Shown: in pieces, positions 40,457 to 48,879 of the stretch
Layout: every line of letters begins with the position of its first letter
Numbering within the stretch: the stretch's first letter is position 1
Assembly (NCBI GenBank): GCA_002498455.1
Contig: DAHO01000052.1
Span: forward strand, 25,527 to 87,802
Direction: 5' to 3'
Length of the DNA stretch: 62,276 bases
From: Euryarchaeota archaeon UBA602
GTDB lineage: Archaea; Thermoplasmatota; Poseidoniia; Poseidoniales; Thalassarchaeaceae
Made by a program: the position numbers and the translations under genes
The notes under the pieces: generated by a model
Databases searched by the model: none
What the model saw: the letters and a program-made list of their open reading frames with translations, nothing else
Told to the model about the DNA's origin: nothing

Positions 40457-41586
40457 TGTCATATGTTGGGCCGGATATTCTGGCTGAACTTGAGGAAAAA
40501 ATCATCTCTAAGGAACAAGAGATTACGTCGTGGTTTGCTGAGAAGAGATCTAAACTAAAGATGCCAATCTATGGCTCTGTCGACATTCGTGATGCCAATT
40601 GGAAAGTTGCGGTCGTAGATGCGAACCAATTTCCTGCAGGTTTCAATAATTTGCAGGATGGCGATATTGGAGAACACTTCCGAAATGCCATCGGTGATTT
40701 ACGACATGTACACATCTGGCCTGAGGCTCATACTCGAAACCCTGCTTATGTTGAGCATTTGTCAGCTTTATCGGCAATCTTGGAGGAGGAAGGTTATGCT
40801 GTAACGGTGGGTGTCTTAGAAACTCACGAAGAGGTTCCAGTGAATATTGAGGGTGCGGTTCCCGACTTGATTCTACTCAACAATGATCTTACTGATGGCC
40901 CGCTCCCGGACCTCGGTGTCCCCGTTGTTCCATCTCCAAAAATGGGTTGGTACCAACGCCGTAAGTCGTCTCATTTCAAGGCGATTCAACCATTGGTAGA
41001 TGAGATTTCACAGTTGCTTGACATCGATCCTTGGCTACTCTCAACACAGTGGTTTGTCTCCGAGGGGAAGTGTTTGGACAAAGATACCTGCCGTACATTA
41101 TTGGCTGCTGAAGCGGATAATTTCTTGGCAGATTTACAATCAAAGTATGATCAATATGGGATTTCAGGTACCCCTACTTTGTTTGTGAAAAATGATGCTG
41201 GAACCTTTGGATTGGGGATTATCGAAATCACTTCTGGCGAAGAGTTACTAGCATTATCGAATCGAAAGATGCGAAAACTGACCTATGGAAAAGGGGGAAC
41301 AGAAGCTGAAGATTTCTTGCTGCAGGAAGGTGTCCCTAGCGCACTTTCATGGGATGGTATGGTTGTAGAACCCGTCGCATATTGTGCCAACGGCCGTGTT
41401 GGGGGTTGGTTTTATCGGGCAAATGCCAAGAAAGGCGAGATGGCCAATCTCAATAGTCCATCTTCTGTATTTATCCATCCACATGAAATTGAGAATCCTG
41501 CCATCGCATCTAGGCGTCAACACTGGCACATGTTGGTGGCAGAAATCGCCATGCTTGGAATCGCCATTGAGTCGGCTTCACTCTAA
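40453..41586 (+). CDS. gshA: Glutamate-cysteine ligase, divergent ATP-grasp-type GshA family
   Basis: YGSVDIRDANWKVAVVDANQFPAGFNNL, LILLNNDL, GWYQRRKSSHF, FVKNDAGTFGLGI, LLQEGV, EPVAY, GWFYR, NLNSP. Confidence 0.82.
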   Translation: MMSYVGPDILAELEEKIISKEQEITSWFAEKRSKLKMPIYGSVDIRDANWKVAVVDANQFPAGFNNLQDGDIGEHFRNAIGDLRHVHIWPEAHTRNPAYVEHLSALSAILEEEGYAVTVGVLETHEEVPVNIEGAVPDLILLNNDLTDGPLPDLGVPVVPSPKMGWYQRRKSSHFKAIQPLVDEISQLLDIDPWLLSTQWFVSEGKCLDKDTCRTLLAAEADNFLADLQSKYDQYGISGTPTLFVKNDAGTFGLGIIEITSGEELLALSNRKMRKLTYGKGGTEAEDFLLQEGVPSALSWDGMVVEPVAYCANGRVGGWFYRANAKKGEMANLNSPSSVFIHPHEIENPAIASRRQHWHMLVAEIAMLGIAIESASL

Positions 41587-41865
41587 TTCATCACTCACCA
41601 TCTCTGGTGGTGCATCCATGCCCATGATTTCGTAATTTGAGGGGAATAATGCAACGAGAACACCAGCGATACCAACAACAAGTGCCGACCAAAACATTTG
41701 GTAAGCAATTGCCATCTCTAGAGCGATTGCAACCAATAGTAACCCTCCTAGGTTGGAAATCCAAACCAATCGCTTGAATGTAGCCAAACCAACACCTTTG
41801 GTTGTCCCTGACATCGATTCTGGTCCGAACTCAGCTCCAAATCGAATGGGTTTGTCTTCAGCCAT
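41578..41865 (-). CDS. Small 2-TM membrane protein, last gene of the Rieske/cytb operon
   Basis: 95 aa, GAGGAG upstream, two hydrophobic helices. Confidence 0.65.
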   Translation of the reverse strand: MAEDKPIRFGAEFGPESMSGTTKGVGLATFKRLVWISNLGGLLLVAIALEMAIAYQMFWSALVVGIAGVLVALFPSNYEIMGMDAPPEMVSDELE

Positions 41866-41900
41866 ATTCTCTCCTCAATGAATCTACACATCAATACTTG

Positions 41901-42233
41901 TCAACGGTCAATCATGATGATTGCATCTGTTGGACAAGACAACACACAGAGCCGACATCCTGTACAAGGGTCTCGAAGCACCTTTGCCTTACGGTTGACA
42001 TCGATGTTCAAAATCGGACTGCTCAAAGGTGTATCATACAATTCGATGGCATCATCATCACACACCAAGGTACATTGATCACATCCAATGCAGAGATCTT
42101 CCTTGACGAAGGCCACCGTACCAGGTCCCCCTTTGACCTTTTCACGCGCTTCCGTGCGCATAGAATTCAGTGCAAGTCGGATACGTGCGGCTTCGCCACG
42201 CCGCCGGGCATCCAACTCAGCACGAGTCGTCAT
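41901..42233 (-). CDS. 2x[4Fe-4S] ferredoxin
   Basis: CIGCDQCTLVC and CTGCRLCVLSCP. Confidence 0.92.
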   Translation of the reverse strand: MTTRAELDARRRGEAARIRLALNSMRTEAREKVKGGPGTVAFVKEDLCIGCDQCTLVCDDDAIELYDTPLSSPILNIDVNRKAKVLRDPCTGCRLCVLSCPTDAIIMIDR

Positions 42234-42268
42234 GTATATTGGGTGTACATGGTGCTTCTCAAATCTTC

Positions 42269-42526
42269 CTAAGCAAAGAATGTCAGCCAGAGCGGATGAA
42301 TCGAAATTACAAATGCCACACAGAATCCAGTCAGTGTTCCCTTGGCCATATTGGGTCGATCATATCCTAGGGCGACCAGGATCAGGAAGAAACCGATGAT
42401 CAGGTCACAGACCATCCCAATCCAAGCAGCTTTCCATGACAACATCAGGGCCACAGTCAGTGTAGCAACAGGGCCAATCATGAATCCAGAAATCCAATCT
42501 CGATCAAGCGAGACCAAGTATCTCAC
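42269..42526 (-). CDS. Small 3-TM membrane protein
   Basis: 85-aa hydrophobic ORF whose start overlaps the stop of the upstream fusion gene (GTGA). Confidence 0.65.
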   Translation of the reverse strand: MRYLVSLDRDWISGFMIGPVATLTVALMLSWKAAWIGMVCDLIIGFFLILVALGYDRPNMAKGTLTGFCVAFVISIHPLWLTFFA

Positions 42527-45348
42527 GCCTGTTTCTTTGCCTCAACTTGACGTGCCAAAAACGAGACGACATCTAGGATTTCGAAATCGTGCTTTGGATC
42601 TCCCTCAAATTTGAGGCACTCAAAGTGAGTGACACACTTTGGACAGGATGTAAGCATGATATCGGCGCCGGTTGCACGAACTTCATCGAAACGCTGTACT
42701 CGCAGGGCGCGACTGTCTTCATTGCAAGACATCATACTGGATACACCACAGCAGAGTGCATCTTCACCATGGTGTTCCATTTCCACCAAGTCGACGCCCT
42801 CCACAGAACAGACCAAGTTTCGAGGCTCATCGTAAATTTCCATTTGACGTCCCAAGCGGCATGGGTCATGATATGTCACAGTCACATCTTCCTCCGTCTT
42901 GAGATTCATATCGAACCCATTCTCAATCAGGAATTCAGTAGTGTGCATGACCTTGATTCCTTCCAATTCGTAATCCTTGGCAAAGGTCTTGAAACATTCA
43001 GCACAACTGGAAACCAATGTTTCAATGCCACTGGCCTGAATTTTCTTCTGGTTGTAAGCCTTCAACTTCTCAAAGACTTCATCCATACCTTGCCACTTTT
43101 GGTCGTGTCCACAGCATTTCAGGAAGTCACGCCCAAGATAGGAAACGTCCTTATCCATCTCTTCAAACAGAGTGAATGCAGATGTCGTCGCGTCTCCGAG
43201 GTTCATTTCGCCCTCATTGACGTGGCTGAAAATCATCTCTTGATCCAAATAATCAACACATCCAGGGTAATATCCGATGCTTGAATCGATGGGGTAGTCC
43301 TCGACTGGGATGAAATCAGCATCTCGCTCTTCCTCAGCTTCTGCAGCAAGAACTGCTTGCAATACTGTATGTGGGATGTTCGATGCAGGGGGTCCACCTA
43401 CAATCAGTGCTCTTCGCATATCGACATAAGAGTCGTAGTCAACCAATTGTGGGCAGGCATTTGTACAAGCAGAACAAGTGAGACAAGAGTACAGAGGCAC
43501 TCCATCATCTTCATTGTTCCAAGTATTGTAGATGATGTTGAGTTTATCACCGGCATTGAACAATCGCACGGGACATGCATCATCACAGAGGTCACAGCCG
43601 TAACACTTGTTCATCTCGTATTCGTATCCTCGTGCCATGCTGCGCATGAGCATGAAGACTACAGCGCCTACGCCCAAACAGGGGATAAACAGCGAATAGA
43701 TTAGTTTCGCATCCAAACTCTTGGGGTTCTTGTGATAGGTCGGGTTCTCGACCATATGGCTCGACAGTGATGCGATGTCTAGGCCAATGTCTGCTCGAGT
43801 GAGGTTGGTGGGGTCGTCACGATTCAAAGCTTGACCATTCTCCCCGATCAGCAACGGCTGGTAAGCAATGACATTGAAGCCAGCGAAGACGGTGTATGAT
43901 GAATTCACACCGGTCCACAAAGTGGAGAATGCAATGTTGTATTCTCCTGGTTCAAGTTTCATCACAGTATTTTCACATGCTCCATCAAAGAAGATCTCCC
44001 CTGATTCAGGCTGGCTGACTGACATGGTCCCAGATCCCTCGCCAATACCCCATTCACTTGAACGCTCATTGCAAGCGATATCGACAAACACAGCCTCTTT
44101 GCCGAAATCCTCGATGTTAAGCACCCATTCGGCTGAGATTGGAACTTCGCCAGTCGCATCATTGCCTGATTCGTTCCAATCTCCAGACACACCGTTACGA
44201 CCGATCTCAGTGTCGGTATGTCCATTGGCTCCACTGAAGTCAATCAGATGTTCTTGAGTTGGTTGGTAGATTCCCCAATTGAGGAAATGTCCTGCCGTGA
44301 CTAAACAGAAATCCGAACGACTGTAGGCATCTTCACCTTCAAATTTGGGATTCTCCCAAACAGGATTCGCCAAACTCTGCTCATAGGTCAAACAATCTTC
44401 TTCGATGAGTTCCCAATGGTGACCTTCATTGATGTTAACAAGCGTATCGACAGGTTGTCCGCGGAGTTCTTCCAAGGCAGATTCTTCATCCATGGCTCCA
44501 AGGCCGCCTTGGTCCCAGAATCCGTTGTTGTAAACGGGCCAAGTCACCGAACACAGAATCACTGTAACAATCAGAGTGGCAATTGAGATTTGTTTCCCTA
44601 ATTGTGGTGAAGTTCGTGCCCCAATGGATTTGACCATGAACCATCGGATGCCCATGTACAGGGCAATCCATATGAAAATCCCAGTCAAAATCCAAGGTAC
44701 AGCATTGAACAATTCAGCAATCCAGGGGGCTCTTGTTCCACAATTCAACCCAGCATGTGAATTCAGTTGACAGAAGTCTGTCCGATTTTTCCCATACAAC
44801 TCAAGGAAGATATTGATTGAGAATACACTGATGAACCAAACGTGTGCCAAATAAATGGCTCCCGCAGTCGCAAACCATGGATCTTCCACACCACGCTTTT
44901 CTCGGCCTGGTAGGAAGGGTGGTAGAGCGAGGATTCCGACGGGCAAACCGGTAATGGCGGCACCCCACCATGCAGCATTCCAAGCAATGACGGGCTGTCC
45001 AAAGAATTCACCAATCGGCCCAGCAGGAATATCGAATTGGGGTAAATATTCACCCCAGCGAAGGTATCCGTAACTGAATAGAACGTACCAGTCAGGGAAT
45101 ACGAATCCAGCCTGTGCATAAGGATCCGCAGCACCGTGTAGGGGGGGCGGAATCAGCCATGAATAAAATGCCAAAACGGCAATCATGGATGCGAAAATAA
45201 TCCCATCTCGAAGAACTTCATGCGGCCAAAATGCATGGCCTACGAACACACGTCGCCGCTCATTGTCAGCGGATTGGAGGCTGTCCTTCTCACGAACATA
45301 GGTGTCCGCGATCCGGCCGAGGTTCTCAATTAGTCCCATTTTCTTCAA
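42523..45348 (-). CDS. Fusion: cytochrome b subunit IV (PetD/QcrC-like), extracellular domain, HdrD/GlpC-like Fe-S + CCG oxidoreductase
   Basis: FWPHEVLRD and Qo-site PDWY; CYGCDLCDDACP and CLTCSACTNACP; CCG domains YYPGC..CCG..SSCAEC and YHDPC..CCG..TSCPKC. Confidence 0.9.
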   Translation of the reverse strand: MKKMGLIENLGRIADTYVREKDSLQSADNERRRVFVGHAFWPHEVLRDGIIFASMIAVLAFYSWLIPPPLHGAADPYAQAGFVFPDWYVLFSYGYLRWGEYLPQFDIPAGPIGEFFGQPVIAWNAAWWGAAITGLPVGILALPPFLPGREKRGVEDPWFATAGAIYLAHVWFISVFSINIFLELYGKNRTDFCQLNSHAGLNCGTRAPWIAELFNAVPWILTGIFIWIALYMGIRWFMVKSIGARTSPQLGKQISIATLIVTVILCSVTWPVYNNGFWDQGGLGAMDEESALEELRGQPVDTLVNINEGHHWELIEEDCLTYEQSLANPVWENPKFEGEDAYSRSDFCLVTAGHFLNWGIYQPTQEHLIDFSGANGHTDTEIGRNGVSGDWNESGNDATGEVPISAEWVLNIEDFGKEAVFVDIACNERSSEWGIGEGSGTMSVSQPESGEIFFDGACENTVMKLEPGEYNIAFSTLWTGVNSSYTVFAGFNVIAYQPLLIGENGQALNRDDPTNLTRADIGLDIASLSSHMVENPTYHKNPKSLDAKLIYSLFIPCLGVGAVVFMLMRSMARGYEYEMNKCYGCDLCDDACPVRLFNAGDKLNIIYNTWNNEDDGVPLYSCLTCSACTNACPQLVDYDSYVDMRRALIVGGPPASNIPHTVLQAVLAAEAEEERDADFIPVEDYPIDSSIGYYPGCVDYLDQEMIFSHVNEGEMNLGDATTSAFTLFEEMDKDVSYLGRDFLKCCGHDQKWQGMDEVFEKLKAYNQKKIQASGIETLVSSCAECFKTFAKDYELEGIKVMHTTEFLIENGFDMNLKTEEDVTVTYHDPCRLGRQMEIYDEPRNLVCSVEGVDLVEMEHHGEDALCCGVSSMMSCNEDSRALRVQRFDEVRATGADIMLTSCPKCVTHFECLKFEGDPKHDFEILDVVSFLARQVEAKKQA

Positions 45349-45354
45349 CTCCGA

Positions 45355-46221
45355 TCAATGCGGCTCCGCGATTCCTTGAACCCACACAATGAACAGGTGG
45401 ATCAATATCAGTGATGTCACGATCACGGGCAATATAAACACATGCAGGAAATACATCCGAGTCACGGTTTGGTAAGTCAGGCTCGTCCCTCCAAACATTG
45501 CATTGGCCACCCATGGTCCGATGAGAGGAGTGCTGTTTGCCATGTTGATACCGATGGTTGCAGCGCCGAAGGCTAGACTGTCCCATGGCAACAAATATCC
45601 GGAGTAACCAAAGAAGATTACAAAAAACATGAGTGCGACCCCAATCAGCCAATTTAGTTCACGCGGATTCCGGTAAGCACCGGTGAAGTAGACTCTGCAC
45701 ATGTGCAAGAATACCGCGGCGACCATGAAATGTGTAGTCCAGTGGTGAATGGAACGGATGATGTATCCAAAGGGCAACTGGGTCATGATGAACTCCATGC
45801 TAGAGTAAGCTGGAGTGGGGTCGCCCTCTCCTCCAGGCACGTAATAGATGCCAAGGATTGTTCCCGTAATTACCAAGATGATGAAGGCGAGGAAGGAGAT
45901 GCCACCTAGACAATACAGGGGATACCAATACCAAATGATTCGTAATTTGTACTTCTCAGCATGAGTGAGGGGCATCTGTCGATGCATGCTGTGGTATGCA
46001 TCACGAGACATGGCCCAATAATCTTGGACACGGAATCGAGTATCAAGCCAAGAGAATGCCCAAAGGAATGTTTTCTCGACAAGTCCCAGTTTACCTGTGG
46101 ATTCTACTGCTCGAAGGATTTCTTTGCGAGGCATTTCCTCGTTCTCCTTACGCAATGTAAATGCCACGATGACCGTGATGACAGCAATAAAAAGTCCCAG
46201 TAACCAAACTTGTAACATCAT
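45355..46221 (-). CDS. petB: Cytochrome b6-type N-terminal cytochrome b
   Basis: YCLGGISF; IRSIHHW...FLHMCRVYFTGAY..PRELNW; GYLLPWD; YFLHVF...LIH. Confidence 0.93.
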   Translation of the reverse strand: MMLQVWLLGLFIAVITVIVAFTLRKENEEMPRKEILRAVESTGKLGLVEKTFLWAFSWLDTRFRVQDYWAMSRDAYHSMHRQMPLTHAEKYKLRIIWYWYPLYCLGGISFLAFIILVITGTILGIYYVPGGEGDPTPAYSSMEFIMTQLPFGYIIRSIHHWTTHFMVAAVFLHMCRVYFTGAYRNPRELNWLIGVALMFFVIFFGYSGYLLPWDSLAFGAATIGINMANSTPLIGPWVANAMFGGTSLTYQTVTRMYFLHVFILPVIVTSLILIHLFIVWVQGIAEPH

Positions 46222-46227
46222 TTCACC

Positions 46228-47124
46228 TCAATCGCAGAATGTGTACCACTCTTGGTACGTTGAAAGTCCCTTGATCACGTCATCTTCTACCGTGAATGGA
46301 ATCAAGGGCAGTCCTACAGGGGCGGGGCCACCCGTCAGGCGGACTCCGAAGTAGTCGAATGTCGACCCATTGCTTCGATTTCGATTTCGATTCTTCTCAA
46401 GCATTGTAGGGTCATAGCGAGATGAGTGGCAAATGCAGAACAATTTGTTGCCTCCTGCATCCACGCCACCCGGCAACCAAGTATCTGCAGTGAAGTCATT
46501 CGCAACCAACTGCCATCCGGGGATGCAACACAGATGTGGACATCGGCTAAACATCAATAGAATATTGTCATGGGGCTGGAGTGCTGTATCTGGACTTCCA
46601 TCCTCAAGGGTGACATCAAAAATTTCACGACCGTGTCCGATGAATGTTCCAGCTGCATCATAACCTTCGCCATATTGAATGCGAGGGATGCCTTCAGCGG
46701 GTGGTTTCGATTCATTTTCTTCATGAGGGATGTAGACGATATTCACGGGCATCCCACTCCATACACCTTGGGCACCAGACATTCCTGTCGAAGATTTGGC
46801 GGCTTCAGCTTCAAGGTGTGACTTTTGCATTTCTTGTTCATGGAGTGACCCATACCAGACGGTGTCTTCTTGCCCTTTTGGGACCCAATATTTGACACCC
46901 GTGTCTTCGCCACCGGTATCGGCTTGTCCCATTAGGAATGCTGCGAAGCCAACTGAACCTAGGCTAGCCATGGCGATGGCGCCGCCGGCTGCATTGAATG
47001 TGTACTTCATGAAGCGACGGCGATCGAGCATTGAACTATCATTCTCTGCTCCTGCATCCAGGGATCCTGGCGCGGGTCGGAGTCGAAATTGTCTAGCCAT
47101 ATTCACACCTTGTAATCCTTCCAA
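46228..47124 (-). CDS. Rieske iron-sulfur subunit with Tat signal
   Basis: DRRRFMK plus TM; CPHLCC; CICHSSRYD; GGPAPVGL. Likely start MARQF at 47100. Confidence 0.92.
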   Translation of the reverse strand: MEGLQGVNMARQFRLRPAPGSLDAGAENDSSMLDRRRFMKYTFNAAGGAIAMASLGSVGFAAFLMGQADTGGEDTGVKYWVPKGQEDTVWYGSLHEQEMQKSHLEAEAAKSSTGMSGAQGVWSGMPVNIVYIPHEENESKPPAEGIPRIQYGEGYDAAGTFIGHGREIFDVTLEDGSPDTALQPHDNILLMFSRCPHLCCIPGWQLVANDFTADTWLPGGVDAGGNKLFCICHSSRYDPTMLEKNRNRNRSNGSTFDYFGVRLTGGPAPVGLPLIPFTVEDDVIKGLSTYQEWYTFCD

Positions 47125-47552
47125 CTGTTGGAGTCCTTCGGAGTAATGTACTTGTTTCGTCGATGTTTAACAATCAGTGTATCTGGCATCACCCATTTCA
47201 GGTAAACGATGCCCATGATAATGATGGTCGTCAACATCATCGCAAGGAAGAAAGAGAGCATTTGTTGGTCCCAGTGGTTGAACAGCCCATAAGCCAACCC
47301 TCCTGCCCAATAGATGGTCCAAAATAGTCCCCACACGAAGACGATTGTTACCAACCAAGTCGACGCACTGGGGGATATACTTGAGCGAACGATGGTCCCT
47401 GGCTCAGGCATATTGAATACACCATGGTCCACTGCAGTGATGTACTCTTCCTCAGTTAGGTTGACATCTTCCAAAGCAAATCTAGCATCCTCGAGACTCA
47501 CTTCGCCAGATTTAACCTGACGCAGTAACCGCATGACAATGTCTTCACTCAT
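47103..47552 (-). CDS. Hypothetical 2-TM membrane protein in the Rieske/cytb operon
   Basis: 149 aa; ATGA overlap with the upstream gene. Confidence 0.7.
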   Translation of the reverse strand: MSEDIVMRLLRQVKSGEVSLEDARFALEDVNLTEEEYITAVDHGVFNMPEPGTIVRSSISPSASTWLVTIVFVWGLFWTIYWAGGLAYGLFNHWDQQMLSFFLAMMLTTIIIMGIVYLKWVMPDTLIVKHRRNKYITPKDSNSWKDYKV

Positions 47553-48364
47553 AGTTGGTCACCTCGTCGCAAGTGTTTCATCCGAAGACGGATTAGATTT
47601 GATCGCCCTTCATAGTGTCGACTGAATCCATATCGAAGGAAGAATCCACAAAACACAATCACGGCAACAACAGCACCGAATCCGAGTAGCCCCAACCAAT
47701 GGGCTCGGAATGGTGCCCCCATGTGGTGTAGGTCAACGTGTCCATGGTCTGCAGCCGGCGGGGCAACGTCTCCATTTCCTGCAAAGATGGTTCGCACCGT
47801 ACCGCTGTCGTCGCCTTCTCCCAACGAGAATGAAAGACGATTCCAAGCATCCCCTGTTGGAGCTCCATCTCCATTGACACTGTTGCCTGCCAACCAGAAT
47901 GTCACATCTCCACTGCCTGATTCGGGAGGAGTCCATGTGAACATCCATGCTCGATCACTCGGGTTGTTTCCAGCCTCAGTGTGTGTGAGTGTAAATTCAT
48001 CCTCTCCATTCTGCACCAAGTTTTCATATCCAGCCGCAGCGCCAAGTGCTCCGTCAGAGACGCGCATCGAGAATCCAGCCGATGCTGATCCGCCGATTTC
48101 AGGCCCTCCGATAATCTGGATTTTCATCGTATACACTTTCGTGGAATCATATTGGTAAGGGGCCTCAGCAACCATGACAGTGACGGAGTCATCTGGGGCA
48201 ATTTCATTACCAGAATGACACGTACATCCTGTCTTGGCAACATCTGTATCTCCTTCGGCTTCATTGCCATAAATTCCACCTGGGACGGCTTGAGATGAAC
48301 CGGCTACAAAAAGCAGCATCAGCAGACCGGTAAGGATGACGCGTGTCCGGAGGGATAGTGCCAA
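47549..48364 (-). CDS. Secreted, C-terminally anchored Reeler/choice-of-anchor-V-like protein with CxCH motif
   Basis: Signal peptide; GCTCHSG; AGFSM, LTHT, WMFTWTPP, VTFWLAGNSVNGDG...GDAWN; His-rich segment; TM. Confidence 0.72.
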   Translation of the reverse strand: MALSLRTRVILTGLLMLLFVAGSSQAVPGGIYGNEAEGDTDVAKTGCTCHSGNEIAPDDSVTVMVAEAPYQYDSTKVYTMKIQIIGGPEIGGSASAGFSMRVSDGALGAAAGYENLVQNGEDEFTLTHTEAGNNPSDRAWMFTWTPPESGSGDVTFWLAGNSVNGDGAPTGDAWNRLSFSLGEGDDSGTVRTIFAGNGDVAPPAADHGHVDLHHMGAPFRAHWLGLLGFGAVVAVIVFCGFFLRYGFSRHYEGRSNLIRLRMKHLRRGDQL

Positions 48365-48535
48365 GTTACCAAGCCTCGTAGGTGTCGCTCACCTACGGTG
48401 AGAACCGCCATGAACGACCAACATAAACCTTGCTTATTGGTGACATCAAAATCACCCGCAGTAAGTCGAATTTTCACTACTTAAATCAACGCACTACTCC
48501 GCAGTCCTGAATAGCCTAAAACTCCTCGCAGGGGC

Positions 48536-48841
48536 ATGTCAGAGCGAACTTGGGAGAATACGTACAACCTCACAGATGAGCAATTGTCGAATTTAGAGGA
48601 TGCTGAAGCCCTCATGGAACGCATGGATTTGACCGGTGCCGAGCGCCTGTTACTCTCAATGTTGGAAGAATCACCAGGGTGTATTCCAGTGCTATCCAAT
48701 CTCGGTTATCTATATGGTAAGCATCTGTCGGAATTTGAGGATGCAGTGAAGTATTATGATATGGTGCTGGAAATCGAGCCAGACAATGCATGGGCGAGGG
48801 ACGCTCGACGAAGATATTCGAGATACATTGGTCGCGATTAG
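48536..48841 (+). CDS. Small TPR protein
   Basis: LSNLGYLYG...AVKYYDMVLEIEPDNAWA TPR pattern. Confidence 0.75.
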   Translation: MSERTWENTYNLTDEQLSNLEDAEALMERMDLTGAERLLLSMLEESPGCIPVLSNLGYLYGKHLSEFEDAVKYYDMVLEIEPDNAWARDARRRYSRYIGRD

Positions 48842-48879
48842 TCAACAATCCTCATGTCCTCCCTTGTCCAGCGGGCATT

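Noticed and set aside
42523..43620. Evidence of methanogenesis from the Hdr-like domain
   Set aside because: CCG proteins are widespread outside methanogens; no mcr, mtr or hdrA genes here, and blh implies an oxygen-using organism.
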